From contig NC_087437.1 of the NCBI RefSeq assembly GCF_036321535.1, forward strand, positions 107,138,001 to 107,202,000: a stretch of DNA of 64,000 nt. The letters run 5' to 3'. This stretch comes from Camelus dromedarius (Eukaryota). Positions 42,940 to 55,629 of the stretch are shown piece after piece (position 1 is the first letter of the stretch; each line of letters begins with the position of its first letter). The notes below the pieces were generated by a model. That model ran no database searches and was not told the origin of the DNA. It was given only the letters and a program-made list of their open reading frames with translations. A program made the position numbers and the translations under genes.

Positions 42940-43480
42940 TTTTCATTTTCTATAATTGCCTTATCAAATTGCCATACACTTAGCATCTTAAAACAACACC
43001 AGTCTGTATCTCATAGTTCTATAGATGTCTAGGCTCAGCACTGCTCAACTGGGTCTCTGCTCTGGGTATAACCAGGTTGGAATCAAGGTGATGAAGGGGC
43101 TGCATCCCTTTCTGGAGGCTCTGAGGATGAATCTGATTCCAAGCTCCTTCATGCTGTTGCCAGAATCCAGTGTCTTCCTGTTGTCTTTTATGGTTCCCTT
43201 TCTCCACCTTCAAAGTCAGCAGTGGTGCACAGCATCCTTATACTTGGCATTTCTCTGGCTTCTTCTTCTGCCCTTCTCTTCTGCTTCTAAGAGTTCATGT
43301 GATTACATTGAGTGCCCCAGTTAGTCCAGGGTAATCTTCCTATTTTAAGTTACGTGGGTTGGTAACATTAATTCCATCTGCACCATAATTGTATAGCAGT
43401 AGCTGGGTTAGTGTTTGACTGACTGGTCAAGGAATGGCAATTATGGAGGGACATCTTTAGAATTCTGTCTTTCACAACAT
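42940..43480 (-). mobile_element. MLT1 (C/D/E-like) MaLR LTR
   Basis: CTTAAAACAACAC...CTCATAGTTCT...TTTCTGGAGGCTCTGAGGA...GTGATTACATTGAG. Confidence 0.75.
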
Positions 43481-43711
43481 GTCATCCAAGGAACTATAGA
43501 TCTGTTTTGGAGTCAAGGAGCTGAGTTCTTGCTACCATTCATTTGCCCTGGTCCCCTACTTCCCTGGCCTAACCCAGGCTCACCTTTTGTCTAGAATGTC
43601 AGTATTACCTGTTTAAAATATCTTCATTACCATATTTTTTCCCGCCTGCTAAGACCCCTTTGACGATTCCCTAACCCCCTTAATGATAATTACCTGCCTT
43701 GATTGCCATCT

Positions 43712-44460
43712 ATTCATTCATTCATTCATTCATTCATTCATTCATACAACAAGTATTTATTGAGTACTTATTATATGCCAGGTACCTTCCTAGGAGCTGA
43801 TGATGTGGCAGAGAAATAAACAAAGACTATACCCTCAAAGTATGTATGTTTGTATCCATAAGTAGGTAGGTAGATAGATAGATACATACATAGATATTTA
43901 GATACATAGATAGATATCAGACATACACAAATGAGCATATATGAAAATTTCAATTGTTGATAAATTGAGGAAAAATGAAGGAAGAATGGTTCTATCTGAT
44001 CTAGAGTGGTCAGGGATGGCTTCTCTGAGAGATAGCATTTAAGCAGAGACTTGAAGGGAGAGAAGCAGCAAGTGCTTATGTGGGGGAGAATGTTCTAGGT
44101 AAAGAGTTCTGGACAGGGTTCGTGCTTGTTACCATGAGAATCAGCAGGGAGGTCAAGTAGCTGGACCAGGGTGAGAGAAAGAGGAAAGGAAGTCAGAGGG
44201 AGGCAGGAATCAGATCCTTGGGGCTTTGAAGGCCATGGAAAGGACACTATTTTTCACTTTGACTAAGATAGGATGGTGTTGGAGAATTTTCAGCCAAGGA
44301 CGTAAATGATCTGGCTTTCCATGATCGGCCTGGCTGCTGAAGGAAGGAGGAAGCACCATTAGAAGGCATTTGCTACTTTTTAAGGTGGACAATGTTGGTG
44401 GTTTGGACTAAGTTGGCAGCAGCAGAGGAGCTGAGAAGTGGCTATTCTTAGCATCTTCTC
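43712..44460 (-). mobile_element. L2 3' portion with (ATTC)n tail
   Basis: (ATTC)n followed by CAACAAGTATTTATTGAGTACTT, the reverse complement of the L2 3' end, then purine-rich L2 body. Confidence 0.8.
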
Positions 44461-47090
44461 AAAGTAAAGATGTCCATTGCTTATTCCTGTACACTGACGT
44501 TCTGTCTGACATACCCACAGTGGTCACACTCCAGGCACTTCTTCCGGGTTCCATCTGCGTAGGCTCTGGTGTCTTTGTATCTTCTGCCTGATCCTATCCA
44601 GATCTAAATGAGCTCCCACATTCAAACTGCCTAAAACAACACAGCTAAGATCCTGGGAGCAAGAAAAAACATCACTGAATAGGCAAAGAGATAGTATAAA
44701 GACTCAACAGTAAAAAAAAAAAAAAAATCTGGATAAATTCTTTACAACGTCTAGTAGGAGCCAGACTTATCTGGAAGATGAATGTGTTAGTGGTTCATCT
44801 ACTTTTGTAGATGAACAATTCTTTTTACCTAAAACTAGTTCAGCCATTGTTTTTGGAATGAGTACTTCTAAGTGATTAAGAAATCTTCCTGCTTTCCAAG
44901 ATTTACATGCTTTTAATAGTAAATAATAACAACAAAATGTCTGTAACTCCAATTCAAGGCAAACTCCAATGAGAGCTAAAATAGGGTGGCAGAGTGCTAT
45001 GGACATGCAAAGGTAAGAAGAGAGGTCAATATTATGGCAAAGTTAATGAATTCATGTTAGAGTGAGGTCCTGGGACTGTTTCTTAACGTTCTCCATCTGT
45101 GGGACCTGCCCCAGTTGGTGAATCATTCTGGGATTCAATTCTCTTTACCTCTGAGGTGAACATGGAAGAAATTGAGAAAAACAGAGCTGTTCTCCCTTGC
45201 TTGTGTCTACATTAAGACATATAATCTTACATTCTGGGGGAAAAATGAGTTTACCTGAACAGATAAAACAATAATACACTAAGAAAGACCCCCACAGAAT
45301 CTAGGAACTAAAGATGGTTGAACTTTTCAAATGTCTATCATTTAATTTCTAACCATCTTTATTCACTCTACTCCTAATCTAAAAACTACCCCCAGGACAA
45401 TTTTTACACCTTCGACCTTGCCTGAGTCAGCTCATTGTTACCTGTGAAGGAAATTTTAAGGTTAAATACTGAAGAGTATTTTTCTTTTTTAACCTTTCCC
45501 AGCCATTTACTAGTTTTCTAAATCAAGTTCTCTCTCCTTAAACAATAGTTCTTTGTACACTCTGAGCTCTTGTCTCTACTCTCACGGCTTGTCCAATTCT
45601 CCAGTTTCCATGCAATTTTAATTGGAATTTTAAGATCACTCTTGCTTTAACTCACCCACATATTAGGGCATCTAATCGCTCCCCCTCATTTCCCCAGTCT
45701 CACACCCTCCTCCATCCACTCTGCAGTCCCTCCCTCAGACTCACAGTCCATATAGATTTAAGATTCCTAGGGCTACAAGAAGCCAATAATTGATAATAAA
45801 TATCTAAAGTGCTTATAACAGTGCCTGGAACTTGGTGACAGCTAGATGACCATTAGTTATTATGATGTGATTGTCATCTGCAATTTTGGGGTCTGATGAC
45901 CAATGTCATGAGGGTTGTTGGAGAAAAACACTTGGGAGAATGTAAAGGTGTTTATCCCAAGGCCTGACCCAAAGAGATGTTCAACATATTTTAGCCAAAT
46001 TATGATGTATCATGCTTTCAAACATTTAAGTGTTTTCAATTATTTCTTTAAAAAGTTTACAGCCTACCAAGAAGAAAATTTAAGGCACAGTTCTGAAATA
46101 TTATTTGATAGGAGAAAGAAATTCAATGTTTGCCATGTACACCAAACAGTAATGATTTCAGGTTTAGAAGGAATGAATGTCCTTTGGAATCCTGATACTC
46201 TAAATTTGTTAGCAAATACATAGGCTTTTGCTGGTGTCAATTCTTTTTGAATTTCCACGCGTGCATTATTATCTTGGCTCTTTAATTTTATATCTAGGAT
46301 GTGTTTAATCTTTTACAAAGTAAGGATGAAGCAGGTAGATTACTTTGCTGGCTGCTTCTAATTTAACATCAGAAGTTCAATGCTAGACAGATTCAGGGAA
46401 TGATGGTCTGGTAAGAAGAACTTGAAGCAATAGTTCCATAATAATTTAAGGAAAGTATTAATTGTTTGTGCCAAAGTGGATGAGAGATGATAGAAATTAT
46501 AGTGAGCCTAGGGTTTCGTTAAGACTTGGCTTGGTCCTACTGCTGTTATGAGAAAATTAAAAATAAATGGACAACAGTTTCCAACTCTAAAACATATTCT
46601 ATGCAGTACATACGTTAACCTAGTTTACAATTTACGTTTATTATGCCCACTGAAATCACAAAGCCAATGCTTAATTTTACAGTTTAAAGTCACACATAGG
46701 GAAATGCTTTACAAAACAGGATACTGTTCCTTAGTGAAAAATATTACGGTATAGGTCCCAACCGATTCAGTACAAGTGGTTTACCTGGATGCCGGAGGGC
46801 AGTGTTGTGGAGGGCGAGCTACAAGACACAAGAATGCTTTCAACAGTCGATTCGGGTTTGAAATTTGCCAAAGCTGAAGACACATTTTAAACAAGACCCA
46901 TCTTAATTTTCCAAGATATATTTTTGGTTTTTCAGCTGCATTATATTGACTGAAAAAAGCCATCATTCCTGGAAAATTGAGGGTAAAAAGCAGCCTATAT
47001 TGCTTGTGTCTGGCATGTAAATTCTCAGTATTTTTCTCTATCTTGAAAGCATCTTTCAAGATTTAAAAATCTCAGTTCTACCTATTTAGG

Positions 47091-47096
47091 TTTATT
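47091..47096 (-). terminator. Candidate distal polyadenylation signal AATAAA
   Basis: tttatt on + strand. Other minus-strand AATAAA hexamers at 47945, 48222, 48676, 50728 and 50846 are alternative candidates. Confidence 0.45.
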
Positions 47097-50000
47097 ACCT
47101 GACTTGACTCCCAGACTCTAATATAGAAATCAAATATTCATGCCACGGCCTAGAGTAAGTGGAACACATTTCCACAATCTGTTTAGTTATCTGCTCTATT
47201 TACAAAGCATGTGCGTGATTTCCTCTAATTAATGCGTCATACTAAAATGTAAGCAGTATTTGTCAAGTCCTACATTTATGTCATGCTGGAGTGTGTAATG
47301 CAAGAATACCACCCAGAGACAATATAAATTTCTTAATCTAAAGTCTAGTTTCACAAAGTCACACACAGTATGATACTCTACTGTAAATATACTCTGTATG
47401 GGTTGAAAGGCTTCTAATATGCTGTGAATTATTACAGAAAAGATGGAGATATAGTGGCCAAGTGTTTACCAGGGACATAAAATATTGCAAAGCTTAAACA
47501 AAATCAGGCTAAATATACACAGGCGTTTGCGTATAAGAAACAAACAAGTTTGTTTGAAAGGGATGCTGATGGCTTAGTAAGCGATGGAACATGACTAATG
47601 GCTTAGTAAGTGATGGAACGTGACTCATTTAAAGTCTGCTGCTTCAACCTGATGCTCTTCAAGTTTGATGTCACCTTAAACATCCTCAGCGTACATGTAG
47701 CTTATGTCACTAAACACTGCTGATCCGAATGACCGCTAGATTCAATTTCCCAAACTTTGAGTTTCAAGGTGTGCCCAAACTTGACAAAACACTTGGCATT
47801 CTTTCTTGCAAATTGAAAACTCATGTATAATTAAACAGTAAGTCCAAAATATCACATTTGACAGTTGGTCACTGAGGATGTTAGCACCTTGATAAATTTA
47901 CAATTGTAAATTGTAACGTGCCAAAGGAAAAAAAAATGTTCGGTTTTATTCACAAATCACAGTTTTCCTCACAGTGCTAGACTTGGGTCACTCTGATGTG
48001 GCAGTGCCTTATAGGGTGACGGGCCATTGTTACTTGTTTTTTCATCTGACCTATGTCTGTGCACATGGATCAGGCGGTGGAGCTATGAGATAAGGACCAC
48101 AGACGGCAAACTTATTGTTAGTGCTAGGAAATTGAGGGTGCAATTTGTCAACTGAGTTAACAAATATGTACATTTCAGCTCTATTCCCTTTTAAAACCAA
48201 CATTTTCTAACAACATGTTCCTTTATTTTTTCTACAAAACCTACATTGAGAATTATGATATCGTGGCGCCAGGGAGATATGTGACAGATCGAATGGTTTT
48301 CTGATCTGAATGCTACATACATTCCCATTTTCTAGCTCACTAATGCATGGGTTGGTGTTTCAATATGTTCTCATACATTAATTGACTAGAATACACAATT
48401 ATGCAGTTTAGAGTGATGTGTTTCATGTGATATAACTTAAGAAGTCATTTCTGTAGTTGATGTCAACAAGGAACTATAAAACACTGTATTTTTTCAGTGG
48501 GCTAGTGAGCTAAGTTGATCTACCTATTCGACCATCTAGAACTACATGTTGTTGGCAAGTGAAAAAGAAAAATAGAGAAAACATACAAGTTCCTATTCTG
48601 GGTGTCTAAGTGACAGATCACCTTGACTGTGCATTTGGTTCTTTGGATGACCATTTCTGTCCTCAAGGTCATTCATTTATTTTGTGGCTCCAAAATGTTA
48701 AAAAAAATATTAGGTATTTTTATGGCCTCAGTTTAACTATAAATAGATTAGTAATAGTGATCAGTCATGCCAATGAGACTTCACTCAGCCACAAACAATT
48801 AGCAAAATTCAGTCATGATTGAATTCAATCTAATTTCACAAAAAGTGAACTCCAAGCCATAGCACAAGTCCTGAACTTCTTTGAATCTGGCTGCTGTCCC
48901 CATGTAAACCACTACAATGACCTTGTTACTAAGGAATGAGTCAATGGGAGAAACTTCAGAGCCAGAGGTTGATCCGATCAGTTGTGTATCCAAAGATGCT
49001 TTGCCCTATTGCTGTGATCAGACCGTGAAATCACAGTCAGGGGCAAGCTGGTGTGATCAGAGGGGTCCCTGCTTTTCCCAAGTCCTATTATCTCTCCATG
49101 AGAGTAATTTGTAGTAGTAAAAAGTCACACTGTATCAGTGGACATCCCATACTTGCAGAAACTGTTATGACTACAGATATTTGAATAATTCAATCCAGTT
49201 TGTTTACTCTCATCTGTAGAACCTTAGATACTAGAGACTAAATGATAGTCATTGTAAGGAGTGTTTCTAAAGCAGCAAAAGACAATATTTAGTTTTACAT
49301 TGTTGCTGTCACTCGGAGGTCATAATGTATCAACAGCTCCTTGTCCAAGTTTATCAGTGAAGTGCATGGACCTGGTTCTGAGCTGAGTCTTAGCTTCTGT
49401 GGGACACTTCTAGACCTCAGTTGGTTGAGTACGTGTTTTTCTTATCTGTGACTTGGAAAAGTTAGCATTCAGTGGAACCCAAAGACCTATTAATGTAACT
49501 TACAAGTAATGAACACTACTAGTCATGAAAGATTAAGTTTAAAACTTCCTTAGAAAGGACAAGGATAGTATCATAAGAACACATGAGAAATATACACACA
49601 TACACCTGTTTCACACAGAAAGCTTTCTGTAAAAAAAATACAAAAGCAACCAGTGCTGTATATCATATAAACTCACAAAGTGTACTTTATACACAAACAT
49701 GAAGCATAAATTAAAAAGTAGGACAATAGCAAAACATTTTAAATATAGAAGAATTTGCACATATTTTTGTTAAATAAGAATAAATAATTTTATCACACAA
49801 ATTCACATACCAGTTGCAAAGACAATAAATTACTTCTTTTTTCAGTGCTGCAACTTTTTTGTTTGTGATTAATCCCTTCATTCTTAATGCACTAAAACTG
49901 TTTCCACAGGAAGGCAGAGGAAGCTGAATTTTCTGAATAAATTAAAACAATGTCCTTAAACTTCTAAACAACAAGGTGGGGCTTCATTTGACCTTTTCTG

Positions 50001-50417
50001 TTCTAGAAGAAATAAATGCTATTTTCTTCTAGGCTCTCTTTGTGTTTAATGAAACTCAACCTGAAGTGTTTAGTTTTGTGAGTGAGATTAGATTCTTACT
50101 AACCTGAGCATTTTCAGACAAACTTTTTTTTGAGGAAATAGCCCCTCACATCCTGAATCCTAGGCTCGTGGTTTAAGATGTAACTATGGAAAGGTAAAAA
50201 GTATAATCCAGAGTGAAATTGGGCTAAATTATTTTACATTATATAGGATTTTCCCTTTGCTTATCTTTCTCTATGTTCTGCCAAACACTCCATTTCTCTG
50301 AACTTCAGTTTCCAGTCTATGTATTTTCTCAGGAGTTTAGACATACATTTCGTTAGTCAATCTATTGATACCCATACAAAAAAAGAAACCTAAAGAAAAT
50401 TCCTTAAAAGCATGGAA

Positions 50418-50425
50418 TAGTGGTT
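50418..50425 (-). promoter_or_regulatory. miR-140-5p 8mer target site (AACCACUA) in the ADAMTS5 3'UTR
   Basis: + strand TAGTGGTT reads AACCACUA in the mRNA, complementary to the miR-140-5p seed. Repression of Adamts5 by miR-140 in cartilage is established. Confidence 0.75.
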
Positions 50426-52737
50426 TCTTGTCCTAAGGTCTCTGGGACTGTTCCCATGAGAAGTGTAAAACTTCATTATTTGGGGAAAAAGTGAATCATT
50501 GATAACTCATATTAAAAAATCTATAAATACAGTCTGGAGAAGCAGAGTAGGAGACAATCATGTTTGCTTTTCAATGATTATTTAATGTTGCTGTCACTAT
50601 ACTGCAAAAGATAAACATAAATTTTGTCATAGTGGAATTACTTGATTCAAGTTATTTTGAATACTGGAAACAGTAAGGTTGGCTTTTCCATTAATTTTCT
50701 CTGCATAGTCAAATGGTCAGTGTGATTTTTATTTTTATCTTTTCTGACTGATATGAACAGCTTTGCTCCCAGTACCTGGTATCTGGTGACCTCTGTCAAA
50801 TGGAGGGGACCAGTCTTGTATAGGCCTCCTTTCTGTAGCTGATCATTTATTAAGAAAAATGACCACATCTAAAGCAAAGTCAGCCTATGAAAATCCAAAG
50901 GATGATTAACAGTTTTGTAAAACAATTCTTTGTTTTACCAAACGATTTCTTAAGAAAATACTTAGTGAGACATCCATTTCCTTGGCCTACTGAAATGAAT
51001 GTGCTTCAGCAGGATCAATTACATAATCCTTTTATATTAAAAATATCATATAATAAAAATAAACTCTCATGAGCTTAGGGGAACTCAAATAATAGTTCCC
51101 TAATATCCTTACATGCAAGTCTTTAACAATAGGCACATTTGGTATGATAATTATAAACTTTTATAAAAACAAATAGCTTTGTGATATTTCACAAAGAAAA
51201 AGAAAAACCAATGAAATGAAATATGTTAGATTTTCTCAGCTGTGGGATAGAGGGATGAGGTCTCCTGTCTATGAGATTGTTATGCAGATGACTGTAAAAA
51301 TTTTCCACATCTAACTATTCCAACTTACAACCTACTAGACAGGCTATGGAAATAAAAGCAAACTGCAAAAATCATCACATTTCATCACTCAAACACTTCC
51401 TGGCACAACCAAATGCTTTCTAATTGGGAAAAATCTTAAGTACAGTATCAGTATACTTAGATTAAAAAAAAATGCAAGAAATTATTGCCTATGGTGTGGA
51501 AACAGTCTTGTTAATATTAACCACTTTTTTTTTGCACTAGCCACATTAACAATAACCACGTCTAGATGTGGCTAGTTACCAAGTGATCTTTAATATTCCT
51601 ATTACGCTAAGTCAACAAGAAGTATAAAACATAGTAGTTACTATAAGACCCTTGAACAAAACAAACAAGCGAAAACAAAAATGCATTTTAAAGGCTTGCT
51701 GGTAAGAGATATACCAGTGTTGAAGGTGATAGAAAACTTTGCCGTGTGTTCTGTACGTGTACAACACATTGTGCAATATCAGATGGGAGCTACAGAAAGA
51801 GAATGCAGTGGTGAAGATATAACTTAAAAATATGGTGAAGGGTGTTTTTTCTCTTCATTTTAAATCCCAACAGAAGGAAACTATTTTTTAGACTCTTGAA
51901 TACAGACAACATACACACATGCACACACTACTTCTACCTCCTCATTATGCATTAATTTGGCTGGCTGCCTGAAAAAATACAGGCAGTCAAAGATATAAAT
52001 AAATGGACCCCTGTATATATTTCAGTGACTAAATACACGGAGATCCTTTTTCTTTTCAGAATTTCTCAGAAGATGCTTGCTGTCAAAATGGTTTTTGACG
52101 AAAATTGTATCTCCTGTAGTCTGAAAGTATAGTAAATCTCTTTAAAACAGCAGCAAGTTCTTAATTTCCAGTAAAACATCCACAGCTCTTTCTGGAAACT
52201 GGAGGGAGTTGAAATAGCTGCAGACCTACTTTGGTCAAACACTTTTTTATAGAAATATATATATATATATATTTATATATTAAATATATATATATATATT
52301 TAATAGAACCAAGTGATATAAAGTGACATACCAAGAAAGAATGTATTTACAAACAGTAAAAATAAGCTACTGTGTAATATGCATCAAAATGACTATGATG
52401 CCTTTGAAGACATTCCATAAGAGGTAGGTGACAAGGGGGAGACTGCTCTGCCAGCTTCCAATGTCCCCTGATTCTACATTCATCAGTGTTTTTGCATTCT
52501 TGTAGGTCCAGGGCATGTTCAGTACTCCCAAGGTTTTCTCTATTCCAAGGTCACCACTGTCCTGTGAAGCAGTGCACATCTTCATTTGGTCGCTGAGAGC
52601 AGATTCTGCCCATGACTGGACTCCTGTTGCTAATGACACTGAAGTGTGACTCTGTGCTTTAGGTTGACCTCTGTTCACCAGGACCGTATCAGTGAAGAAT
52701 CAACCCAGTTATCTCTGTATCAGCTCATAACCACAGG

Positions 52738-53305
52738 CTAACATTTCTTGAGCAAACACTGCTTAAATGCAGAAGGCCTCTGAGAGAGAAGGCATCCCTT
52801 GGCTAACTTCCGGTTTCCATCCTGGCACTGCACCGTCCTGGTGTGCCAGCCTGTGTCACAGGTTCTAGAGCAGGCGAGCCAAGGGCCCGTCACCCACTGC
52901 AGCTGCGGAGTGTGCGATCCTACCTGATTGCTGCTGTGGCTGGTGACAGAGTTTACTTTTTGAGTGGACTTCTTGGGAACAAAAAAACTGTAACGGACAT
53001 CTAATGCTTTAGTTGGGTCTGTTGCAAGGATCTGCACAATGAGTATTTCCCTCGTGGCTGCGTAGCCCATCCCATGCAGGAAGTCATCCCTGTGGCTCCA
53101 ACCACTGTAGTTCATGACTGTTCCGTTGATGTCTATGATGGTTTCTGAAGTGGAGATCATGTACTTTCCATTGATAAGATACTCACCGTTTTTCCTCTTC
53201 AGGGCTAAGTAGGCAGTGAATCTAGTCTGGTCTTTGGCTTTGAACTGTCGGACTTTTATGTGAGTTGCCCCTTCGGGGATCCTCACAACGTCAGTGTAAC
53301 CCTTA
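52738..53305 (-). CDS. ADAMTS5: ADAMTS5 exon 8 coding part: spacer domain, C-terminal TSP1 repeat and TAG stop
   Basis: Acceptor ctgcttccag|T completes a split AG/T Ser codon, then KGYTDVVRIPEGATHIKVRQFKAKDQTRF...WLACSRTCDTGWHTRTVQCQDGNRKLAKGCLLSQRPSAFKQCLLKKC*. Stop at 52738-52740. Confidence 0.98.
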
Positions 53306-53744
53306 CTGGAAGCAGAAATGTCCGCAGGGGAGGAGAAACAGAGAGAAATGGGAAGAAGGAAAAATAAGTAAACAATAAATAGATCAACAGAAATTCTCTA
53401 AAAGTCTCACCTTATCTTAATACAAAGTTTTAATGTATGAAAGAGATTAGTTTAAAACTGGCTTCCAAAATTAATTTTCTTATAACAAAATAGAATTGCA
53501 GTTGGACTATCATATTGTATACCTTTGCATTAGAATGTTCAAAGTTAGGACAATGTTAGCAACCTGCCTTTGTTTTAAAAATTTATACCACCTTTATTTA
53601 AAGATTTACAGAAAAATCACACATCTTTATCAAGCCCTTTCATCTTTACAAAGCTACCTAAGATTCCTTCTGGCACAAAATGGGACACACATAAACACAA
53701 ACCAATAAAAATCTACCCTCAGTTAATCTCATAGAAATTGGTGA

Positions 53745-53930
53745 CATTTCTCAAACTTGTTTGCACATTGAGATCACATGAGTATCTTTAAAAAATTCCA
53801 AAGCCTACAAATTTAGATCCTCAGACACACGGGCAGTCAAATCCCATTTTTCAGGACGGGTCATGGGCAGCAATGCTCTCAGAGTTCCTCACGTTGTTCC
53901 ACACGGGCAGACTAGCTGGGAAACCATGGA
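53745..53930. mobile_element. MER5A-like hAT MITE in intron 7
   Basis: TTTCTCAAACTT...CACATTGAGATCACATG...GGGAAACCATGG termini. Confidence 0.6.
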
Positions 53931-54369
53931 TTTAATTATTTGTTGGACTAGAGACAGGGTAGAGGCTCTGATTCCATTTTGACTTGAACTCTGGATTTCC
54001 TGGGGCAGAAAATGGAACATAACATTCTGTAACTGGGTAGCCATAGCTTACTAGTATCATCAGAAGAAAAAAATACAGAATCTTTAATGCCTTAGCAAGT
54101 TTCCCCAAATGCTTAGGGCCCATAAAGCGTTATGACAGATTGAGTGAGGCTTTATGGTGAGCGATGAATGAGATAGCTCTCTAGTGATCCATCATCTGCT
54201 CAGGAAAATGGGCAAAGGCTTCAATATCTCTGATAGCAATAAACTTGCAGAAAACACCAGGGCGGAAGCATTGATTCAGCACCAAGGGACTGAGAAGGAG
54301 TCATCTTTTGCCAAAATCTTTGCCTGTATAAGTAATTTCATAGTAAGGTAACTGTGTATTTTGTTTTCC

Positions 54370-54384
54370 TTTTATTTATTTATC

Positions 54385-54431
<47 letters not shown>

Positions 54432-54571
54432 TTATTATTATTACTTTAAAACTTTTTTTTAGGGGGGGTAATTAGGTTTATTTATTTATTTATTTTAGTG
54501 GAGGCACTGGGGATTGAACCTAGGGCCTCACGTATGCTAGGCACTCACTCCACCGTTGAGTTACACCCTCC
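54370..54571 (-). mobile_element. tRNA-derived SINE (Vic-1-like, camelid) with an expanded (TAAA)n tail, in intron 7
   Basis: Minus strand GAGGGTGTAACTCAACGGTGGAG...GGTTCAATCCCCAGTGCCTCCA has Pol III A and B boxes, followed by AAATAAATAAACCTAATTACCCCCC. This is the layout I recall for camelid Vic-1. Confidence 0.8.
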
Positions 54572-55629
54572 TTTTTCCTAGTTATTTAAATAGAAAGAAA
54601 TACTTTGCTTGTGCAGTTTGACGGATGTGTGTGAAATTTAATTATATACTTTCAAATTCTTACTTGGGGTTAGAGACTATGGGGTAACTGATTCACAGAC
54701 TGAACATCCAAGTCTGTTTCCCCCGCTCGAGCATTTCCTCGGAATTGGAGAGGAGACTGGTCCCCAGGGAAGGGCCTTTTCTATTGGACATCTGACCTAC
54801 AGTGACTGCCAGACAGGTGTCAGAGCTTCCTACTGTGTTGAAGCGAAAAGGCGCAATGCTGACGATGTTGAATTTGAGTCACTTTTATTTTTGTAATACA
54901 CGTTGGATTCGATTCTGTCACAGGATTGTGTTTTTTTTTTTTAATATCTAATATTGAGATGAGATGCTTCTACAATGGTTTCAAACAAAGCTGGGAGAAA
55001 ACATTCCATCTTACGTACGCAAGTGGAGATACAGTAAAGCGCGTGCGCAGGGTCCCTGGAGAGCTAAGGAGCAGCAGGGCCGGGCCTCTTGCCTCCCACT
55101 GTGTGCTCCTTTTCCCACACCACCAGGCACGAAACCCTATCCTCTGCCAGCTGTATTTTGTCACAGTTAAATGGAAATAAGTTCTGGTGATGTTCAGAGT
55201 TTAAATGATACCAGAGTATAAAGAAAATAAAGAATGAAGGGTAAGGGACTCAGACAGGAGAGCATTTTTCTTGTCTTAAATCCTTGTCTTAGAGACTGTC
55301 TCATACTTACGAGAATCAGTGGGAACTGTCAGCTCTGCGGCAGGTCTGCAAACTGAGCTTCCCAGGCACTGGGAAGTCTGAGGGCTAGAGCCCAGATTTC
55401 TTGGTGCTTTAGTGAAATAGGATTCCCTTTGTGCTCATTCATTTTCTTTGCATCCTGCCTGGTAGCATTTAAACTCTGGACATTAACCAGCTTCCTTGGC
55501 TACCATGAATGAATGCGGTTGTTCTCCTACAACTGAGATCTGATGTGCGGCTGGCTGGCAGGGCAAGGGACTCTTCTCTTGTTCAGGGCTCTCCCTACCG
55601 TACAAAGAACAGTACCTGCCACGAAGGAA

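Larger units (their letters stand above)
47070..52737 (-). other. ADAMTS5: Inferred long 3'UTR of ADAMTS5 (about 5.7 kb)
   Basis: Follows the stop codon. AT-rich and nearly free of recognisable interspersed repeats, unlike the flanks. Mammalian ADAMTS5 is known to have a multi-kb 3'UTR. The distal end is inferred only from the AATAAA at 47091-47096. Confidence 0.6.

Noticed and set aside
45309..45361. Inverted repeat TAAAGATGGTT...AACCATCTTTA as a MITE or miRNA hairpin
   Set aside because: Only 11-bp arms around a poorly pairing spacer, which is compatible with chance or a decayed repeat.
1637..47059. Numerous 60-146 aa ORFs in the intergenic region
   Set aside because: No recognisable protein similarity except L1 ORF2 remnants. 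Most overlap repeats or low-complexity DNA.
54495..54571. tRNA gene
   Set aside because: A and B boxes are present, but the stems are degenerate and an A-rich SINE tail follows.
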